NCBI GenBank assembly: GCA_019358935.1
Contig: JAHHIK010000184.1
Location: 1 to 10,054, forward strand
Length of the DNA: 10,054 bases
Direction: 5' to 3'
Source of the DNA: Tolypothrix carrinoi HA7290-LM1
GTDB lineage: Bacteria; Cyanobacteriota; Cyanobacteriia; Cyanobacteriales; Nostocaceae
The notes beneath the pieces were generated by a model. That model saw nothing but the letters and a program-made list of their open reading frames with translations. It was not told the DNA's origin and did not search any database. A program made the position numbers and the translations under genes. Shown here one piece after another: positions 5,258-10,054 of this stretch. Position 1 is the stretch's first letter. Each line of letters begins with the position of its first letter.

Positions 5258-6643
5258 TTAACACCAAGTTTGGACTACGCGACCTGTTAACTGTTGCCCT
5301 AACCAAGGTGTATTACTAGATAAAGTGTAGAGATTTTCGCTGTTGACTTTCCAGCTTTCTTGGGGATTAAATAAAGTCAATTCTGCCTTTTCACTCTTGA
5401 CGATCGCACTCATTTTTTGTCCTAAACACTCCGCTGGACGATTACTCAAAGCTTTCCATAATTCCAAAGCTGTAAATTCACCGCTTTCTACCAAATAATG
5501 CCACAGTAGCGGTAATGCTAACTCTAATCCAATTGCCCCTGGTAAAGCTTCTGCAAACGCTTGCACTTTTTCTTCGTAAGTATGCGGTGTATGGTCAATA
5601 GCGATCGCATCCACAATTCCCATTCGCACACCCGCACGCAAAGCCGTTAAATCGCTCGGTGTTCCTAAAGGTGGTTCTAAACGCAGGCTGGTATTATAAC
5701 TCTTAATTACCTTAGTGTCAAGTAAAAGATGCATCCAAGTAGTGCTGGCGGTGACGGGTAAACCCTGAGATTTTGCATTGGCGATGAGTTCGACACTGCG
5801 GGCGGTGGAAACGCGCATAATATGGACAGGTGTATTTGTAGCAGCGACTAATTCCAACAAAGAAGCGATCGCCGCAGTTTCGGAAATAGCGGGATTGCCT
5901 GGTAAACCTAGGCGAATAGAGTCTTTTCCTTCGCGCATGACACCATTGGACATAATCCGGCGATCGCAACACCAAAAGGCGATCGGTTTCCCTAAAGGTT
6001 GGAGATATTCCAACACTCGACGCACCAGCCCCAAATTTTCCAAGTTTCCGCCATCAGCAAAACCAACCACCCCAGAAGCCGCCAAATCCGCCAATTCGGT
6101 CATCTGCTTTCCTGCAACATCTTGAGTGATAGCACCCCAGAGGTGGAGGAGGGGGAGAGGGGGGGAGGGGGAGGGGGAAGACAAGGGAGATGGGGAAGAC
6201 AAGGGAGATGGGGAAGAAATTCCCCCTTGTCCCCCTTGTCCCCCTTGTCCCCCTTGTCCCCCTCGTCCCCCTTGTCCCCCTCGTCCCCCTTGTCCCCTCC
6301 TCTCCCTCTGCAACAAGTGCGCTACCGCACCTGGGTTATCAATCGGTGGAGATGTATCGGGTAAAATACTAATTCTTGTAAAGCCGCCAGCAGCAGCAGC
6401 TTGCAACACAGAAGAAATAGTTTCCCGTTCTTCAAACCCAGGTTCGCCGGAGTGACTATATAAATCTACCAACCCAGATCCTAAAATTAATCCCCGACAA
6501 TCTCTGATTTGAGTATCGGCACTAATATCAGAAATACTTTCTGCGACGGATCTGATATAACCATCAGCAATCAACACATCAGCTATTTGGTCAGTTTCAG
6601 AAACTGGGTCGATAATTCGTACTTGTTGCAGCAGTTCAGTCAT
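5258..6643 (-). CDS. pyrC: Dihydroorotase-family (PyrC-like) protein, probably the non-catalytic type, with a low-complexity insertion
   Basis: GEPGFEERET, AAAAGGFT, PDTSPPID, LEPPL, AIDHTPH, PGAIGLE and SSNTPWLG motifs; the metal-binding HxH appears as YSH. Confidence 0.8.
   Translation of the reverse strand: MTELLQQVRIIDPVSETDQIADVLIADGYIRSVAESISDISADTQIRDCRGLILGSGLVDLYSHSGEPGFEERETISSVLQAAAAGGFTRISILPDTSPPIDNPGAVAHLLQRERRGQGGRGGQGGRGGQGGQGGQGGQGGISSPSPLSSPSPLSSPSPSPPLPLLHLWGAITQDVAGKQMTELADLAASGVVGFADGGNLENLGLVRRVLEYLQPLGKPIAFWCCDRRIMSNGVMREGKDSIRLGLPGNPAISETAAIASLLELVAATNTPVHIMRVSTARSVELIANAKSQGLPVTASTTWMHLLLDTKVIKSYNTSLRLEPPLGTPSDLTALRAGVRMGIVDAIAIDHTPHTYEEKVQAFAEALPGAIGLELALPLLWHYLVESGEFTALELWKALSNRPAECLGQKMSAIVKSEKAELTLFNPQESWKVNSENLYTLSSNTPWLGQQLTGRVVQTWC
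6145..6308. repeat. Intragenic composite repeat: G-rich tract, 2+ x 18-mer GGGGAAGACAAGGGAGAT, then 8 x 9-mer TCCCCCT(T/C)G
   Basis: 18-mers at 6174-6209 plus a partial copy to 6217; 9-mers at 6221-6292; the two blocks are partly reverse-complementary (GACAAGGG/CCCTTGTC). Confidence 0.92.
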
Positions 6644-6653
6644 AAAAATTTTC

Positions 6654-6776
6654 AGTTAGGAGTTAGGAGGCGCGAAGTTAAGAGTTAGGAGTTAGGAGTT
6701 AAGAAAAGCGAAGTTATTTACTCCTTGCTTGTTACTCCTAACTTTATTCCTCACTCATAACTCCTCACTCCTCACT
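6654..6776. repeat. Inverted pair of heptamer STRR tracts (AGTTAGG)n ... (CTCCTCA/CTCCTAA)n
   Basis: AGTTAGG/AGTTAAG units at 6654-6703 and complementary ACTCCTA/ACTCCTC units at 6734-6776; fills most of the intergenic gap. Confidence 0.8.
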
Positions 6777-6780
6777 TTTT

Positions 6781-8133
6781 TTACAGTGCGCCGGCTGCGG
6801 TTTTATCGAGTACGCCTCCACCTAAGTGAGTGGTAATATTCATTGCTTGCAGTACTGGTAAACCATCGAGTCCGGAAGGGTAATCGATAACGCTGATTGC
6901 GCCATTTCCTTGACGGAAGTTCCAGAAATTTTCTGATGGTAAACCGAGAATCTGACAAAGCAAAGTTTTATTTGTAGCGTCGTGAGCGACTACTAAGCCG
7001 GTTTGAAGTTGATTTGAGATTGCTGTTTCAACTATAAATTGCCAAGCAACAATACTGCGATCGCATACCTGTTGCAGATTTTCCCCTTCAGGCATTTGTA
7101 CTTCTGCTGGAATTGTTCGCCAACGTTCCAATTCTCCCGGATATTCTTGCTCTATTTCTTTTTCAAATTTTCCTTCCCAAAGTCCGTGACTAATTTCTCT
7201 TAAACCATCAACTAAATCCAACTTTACACTTTTGTGATGCTCTAAAATAATCTCCGCTGTTTCTTTAGGACGCAGCATTGAACTACTAACGGCAAAATCA
7301 ATTGCTACTTGTTTGAGAAATTCGCCGGCTTTTTGTGCCTGAAGCCTACCATTATCGTTTAGGGGGATATCAATTTGTCCTTGAAATCTACCTTGACGAT
7401 TCCATTCAGTTTCACCGTGACGCACTAGCAACAATCTTACTCCTTGATGATTCGGTCGCAACGAAGGCAGAGTTTCGCCTAAGTGTTGCGTCTGATTCAT
7501 CGATTCTAGTTGAACTGGTTCTCCTAATCCCCCAGAGAAATTCAAAACGCTGATGCCACAGTTAGATTGCTGTATGGAATGGTAGCGAGATGGAGATATC
7601 GACAATGCGGTGCTGATTAAGGCTCGATTAATACCGTTATGCCCGACTATTAATATAGTTTGCCCTTGATGGCGAGACAAAATTTCTTGCCAAAACTGCC
7701 GCGCTTGTTCGTATAAAGCTAAAACTGGGAAATGTTCTTTTGTTCCCTCAGTTTCTGGAACTAGCATCCGCAGTTCGTGAGGACGTTCTTTCCAGGTGCG
7801 GTAGTCGTCGGCAAATTTCTGCTTGACATCAGCAGTGAGCATTTTCTCCCATAAAGGAAGGTCAATTTCCAGCAATTTATGAGAAGTTTGCCCAATAATA
7901 GGTTCTCCAGAATGAGTTATCAATTCACTTTGGATGATATCTGCTGTCTCTTTCGCTCGTTGTAAAGGACTGCTGTAAATCGCATTAAATTGAATATTAC
8001 TCAGGGCTTTGCCTACTAAACTGGCATCATTACGACCTTTTTCGGTTATGGTGGACGCATCTATGCGACCTTGGACACGCTTTTCTGTGTTATATGTGCT
8101 TTGACCGTGGCGCACGATGATCACACGAGTCAT
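6781..8133 (-). CDS. Histidine phosphatase family protein with two PGM-like domains (phosphoglycerate mutase/phosphoserine phosphatase-like)
   Basis: Two RHG motifs (IIVRHGQSTYN, LLVRHGETEWN), SSPLQRA/SSSMLRP and IVGHNG/VVAHDA; purine-rich RBS (GAGGAGGG on - strand) upstream. Confidence 0.9.
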   Translation of the reverse strand: MTRVIIVRHGQSTYNTEKRVQGRIDASTITEKGRNDASLVGKALSNIQFNAIYSSPLQRAKETADIIQSELITHSGEPIIGQTSHKLLEIDLPLWEKMLTADVKQKFADDYRTWKERPHELRMLVPETEGTKEHFPVLALYEQARQFWQEILSRHQGQTILIVGHNGINRALISTALSISPSRYHSIQQSNCGISVLNFSGGLGEPVQLESMNQTQHLGETLPSLRPNHQGVRLLLVRHGETEWNRQGRFQGQIDIPLNDNGRLQAQKAGEFLKQVAIDFAVSSSMLRPKETAEIILEHHKSVKLDLVDGLREISHGLWEGKFEKEIEQEYPGELERWRTIPAEVQMPEGENLQQVCDRSIVAWQFIVETAISNQLQTGLVVAHDATNKTLLCQILGLPSENFWNFRQGNGAISVIDYPSGLDGLPVLQAMNITTHLGGGVLDKTAAGAL

Positions 8134-8228
8134 CTTTTTTGCCCTCCTCTATCTAAAGGAATAATTTTACTGCAAAGTGTTTACAAATTGGCAAAAATGC
8201 CAATTTATATTTGCTTGGCTACTTTGAG

Positions 8229-8282
8229 GCGATCGCAAAGCGACTCCTTTCCTGCGGAACGCACATGCGTTCGGAGTATCGC
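8229..8282. mobile_element. SDR-like nested hairpin insertion at a HIP1 site
   Basis: GCGAT-CGCAAAGCG-ACTCC-[TTTCCTGCGGAACGCACATGCGTTC]-GGAGT-ATCGC; deleting 8234-8279 leaves GCGATCGC. Confidence 0.7.
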
Positions 8283-8283
8283 C

Positions 8284-8342
8284 TAAAAATAAAGTCCCCT
8301 CTGTCTTTGAGTTGCTTTTCAACTACGCAAGGCAGAGGGGCT
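8284..8342 (-). terminator. Probable Rho-independent terminator of the 8420-8791 gene
   Basis: CCCCTCTG 8296-8303/CAGAGGGG 8333-8340 stem with inner AGTTG/CAACT; followed on the - strand by ACTTTATTTTT. Confidence 0.6.
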
Positions 8343-8419
8343 ATTTGATTCTACACCGACTAAATCCGCAGCGATTGAGAAAAAGCCGTAGTAAGCACGC
8401 TTTGTGCTTAAAATCAATG

Positions 8420-8791
8420 CTATTGACCAACAAGCTGCACTTGCACCCCATCATTAATGTCATTATCAGACTCAGCCGGTTGCAGAATAATCGGAGTGTC
8501 TGGCAGTGTTAGAGGTTCGTCAGATCTCCTTAGTTGGACACCATCGCCGATTTGCAAAACACCTGTAGGTACAATTGTTTCTCTACTATTATTGCCACGA
8601 GCGTTTGCAGAATTGCTTGGTGCAAAAAACTTGGCGTAGTCGTCCTGTGCTGTTCTATTATTAATTCCGCTGAGAGAATTACCAGTTAACGTATATTGTG
8701 GTGTGTTTGGTGATGATTGGGCGTAAACTGAATTTCCCAAGCTTGTAACACTTGCGATGATTGCCAAAGCTGCAATAATTTTGCTGTTCAT
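8420..8791 (-). CDS. Hypothetical secreted protein
   Basis: Signal-peptide-like N-terminus MNSKIIAALAIIASVTSLGNSVYA|Q; polar mature region ending in GVQVQL. Confidence 0.75.
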   Translation of the reverse strand: MNSKIIAALAIIASVTSLGNSVYAQSSPNTPQYTLTGNSLSGINNRTAQDDYAKFFAPSNSANARGNNSRETIVPTGVLQIGDGVQLRRSDEPLTLPDTPIILQPAESDNDINDGVQVQLVGQ

Positions 8792-8859
8792 TTGTTTTAC
8801 CCAAATTCTTTTTTATTACTTGTCTTTAGTCTACAAACAAGTTCTTTTTCTTTGCCGTA

Positions 8860-8901
8860 ATTATAAGCTGTGTGTTAGCTAATAACTGTATTTTAATATA
8901 C
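8860..8901 (-). promoter_or_regulatory. Canonical NtcA-activated (class II) promoter
   Basis: - strand reads GTA-TATTAAAA-TAC (8901-8888), exactly 22 nt, then TATAAT (8865-8860), matching GTA-N8-TAC-N22-TAN3T. Confidence 0.7.
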
Positions 8902-9138
8902 TGGCTTTGTCAAGATGTTCTCTTCTGATGTTAAGTAAAACAAATAGATAAGATATTATTATTTTTATGTATAATTTATAATTGTTGCCAATAATGCAAA
9001 AAAGCAACAAAATATTGAGAAATATTAAGATGAAGTTAGTGTACATATACCTCTTGCAGTTATTTAGGAAAAGGGCAAGAACGCACAAGAACAAGAAAAA
9101 GTGATTTCGTTTACAACTTTAGTTAACATGGGTGAATA

Positions 9139-9170
9139 TTACCTCTGGTATTAGAGGTAAGCCTTAAGGC
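9139..9170. promoter_or_regulatory. Inverted repeat plus adjacent palindrome upstream of the exonuclease gene
   Basis: TTACCTCT-N6-AGAGGTAA (9139-9160) directly followed by GCCTTAAGGC (9161-9170). Confidence 0.4.
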
Positions 9171-9207
9171 ATAAAAAGTAATTTCTTCTAAAAATAAAAT
9201 TCAACTG

Positions 9208-9906
9208 ATGCCATTTGATACCGAACTACTACCCCGTATAAATGCCAAATCCGTCCGGGAAAATGGTAAACAATATTATGTAGATGCTAAAGGAAGTCGC
9301 TTTCCTAGTGTGACAACTATACTTAATGCCACGAAACCAAAAGAAGAACGTGACAGACTATTCAACTGGAAAGCGCGTGTAGGTACAGAAGAAGCTACTC
9401 GCATTACCACAACCGCAAGTCGTCGGGGAACTCAAACTCACAAACAAATTGAGCGCTATTTACTTGGTGAAAATCCTATTTGTCCAGAAGCAAGTCTTCC
9501 TTATTGGGAAAGTATCAAACCGATTTTAGAAGAAATTGACACAGTTAAACTGATTGAAGGCTCAGTTTTTCACTACGATTTGAGCTATTCAGGAAAAGTT
9601 GATTGTGTTGCTAATTATAAAGGCATTCCCTGCATTTGCGAGTGGAAAACAGCAGACAAACCGAAAAATTCAATTGAGCGTTTATATGAGTATCCACTGC
9701 AACTTGTAGCGTATATGGGAGCCGTAAACGATTATTATCGAGATTATAGTATTAAGTTAAATCATGCTTTATTAGTGGTAGCGATTCCAGAAATGCCGGC
9801 TGAGGTATTTTGGTTTGATTCAGAAGCAATGAATAATTACTGGGAACAGTGGCAAAAGCGAGTTGCTGAATATTGGAAAAATAAATATACTGCATTGCAA
9901 CTGTAG
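9208..9906 (+). CDS. PD-(D/E)XK exonuclease (MGME1/RecB-nuclease/phage exonuclease-like)
   Basis: FPSVTTIL, RGTQTH, IEG, YSGKVDC, EWKT and LQLVAY motifs. Confidence 0.85.
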   Translation: MPFDTELLPRINAKSVRENGKQYYVDAKGSRFPSVTTILNATKPKEERDRLFNWKARVGTEEATRITTTASRRGTQTHKQIERYLLGENPICPEASLPYWESIKPILEEIDTVKLIEGSVFHYDLSYSGKVDCVANYKGIPCICEWKTADKPKNSIERLYEYPLQLVAYMGAVNDYYRDYSIKLNHALLVVAIPEMPAEVFWFDSEAMNNYWEQWQKRVAEYWKNKYTALQL

Positions 9907-10054
9907 CGGTTCCGCAACTTATGGGAACGGTTCCGCAACTTATGGGAACGGTTCCGCAACTTATGGGAACGGTTCCGCAACTTATGGGAACGGTTCCGCA
10001 ACTTATGGGAACGGTTCCGCAACTTATGGGAACGGTTCCGCAACTTATGGGAAC
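9907..10054. repeat. Perfect 21-bp tandem repeat CGGTTCCGCAACTTATGGGAA, at least 7 copies, truncated by the window end
   Basis: Identical units start at 9907, 9928, 9949, 9970, 9991, 10012 and 10033; no spacers. Confidence 0.97.

Larger units (their letters stand above)
198..8236. repeat. Dispersed HIP1 octamers (GCGATCGC)
   Basis: Intact copies start at 198, 744, 1807, 4304, 5601, 5865, 5960, 7057 and 8229; one split copy at 2630/2691. Confidence 0.9.

Noticed and set aside
5718..6455. Overlapping ORFs with PPC, PLV or PLS repeats (5718-5975, 5778-6125, 5999-6364, 6126-6455, 6190-6372)
   Set aside because: These are alternative-frame or antisense readings of pyrC and its stop-free repeat tract.
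6871..6876. TCCGGA (DIF1-like heterocyst promoter motif)
   Set aside because: A single hexamer inside a coding region with no further support.
3442..8639. ORFs 3442-3633, 7335-7553, 8071-8286, 8312-8512 and 8457-8639
   Set aside because: Antisense or overlapping to better-supported genes, or spanning repeats and the terminator; no protein motifs.
8879..9094. 71-aa hydrophobic minus-strand ORF
   Set aside because: TTG start, composition typical of AT-rich intergenic DNA, and overlap with the NtcA promoter.
9837..10043. 68-aa minus-strand ORF (LRNRSHK repeats)
   Set aside because: It is a translation of the tandem repeat and overlaps the exonuclease antisense. It cannot be supported without sequence beyond the window.
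9907..10054. CRISPR array next to a Cas4-like nuclease
   Set aside because: Units are contiguous and identical with no spacers, and the nuclease lacks the Cas4 arrangement of one N-terminal plus three clustered C-terminal cysteines.

Overview
AT-rich cyanobacterial DNA, probably from a filamentous Nostocales-type genome. It has 9 intact HIP1 GCGATCGC octamers, heptamer STRR tracts and SDR-like micro-insertions. The left half (1-~5100) is an accessory, decaying region. It contains a structured RNA-like stretch fused to a 5'-truncated small ORF; a caspase(C14)-GUN4 gene whose last ~70 nt are almost free of adenine and which has a second C-terminus in another frame (candidate diversity-generating-retroelement target); a vapBC pair in which both genes are damaged; an intact AbrB-PIN pair; a restriction-endonuclease-like gene; a PIN gene relic; and xisHI. 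The right half is more core-like: a dihydroorotase-like gene with substituted metal ligands and an in-frame repeat expansion, a tandem histidine phosphatase, a secreted protein behind a canonical NtcA class II promoter, and a PD-(D/E)XK exonuclease followed directly by a perfect 21-bp tandem array that runs off the window. All product calls come from motif recognition by eye, not from database searches.
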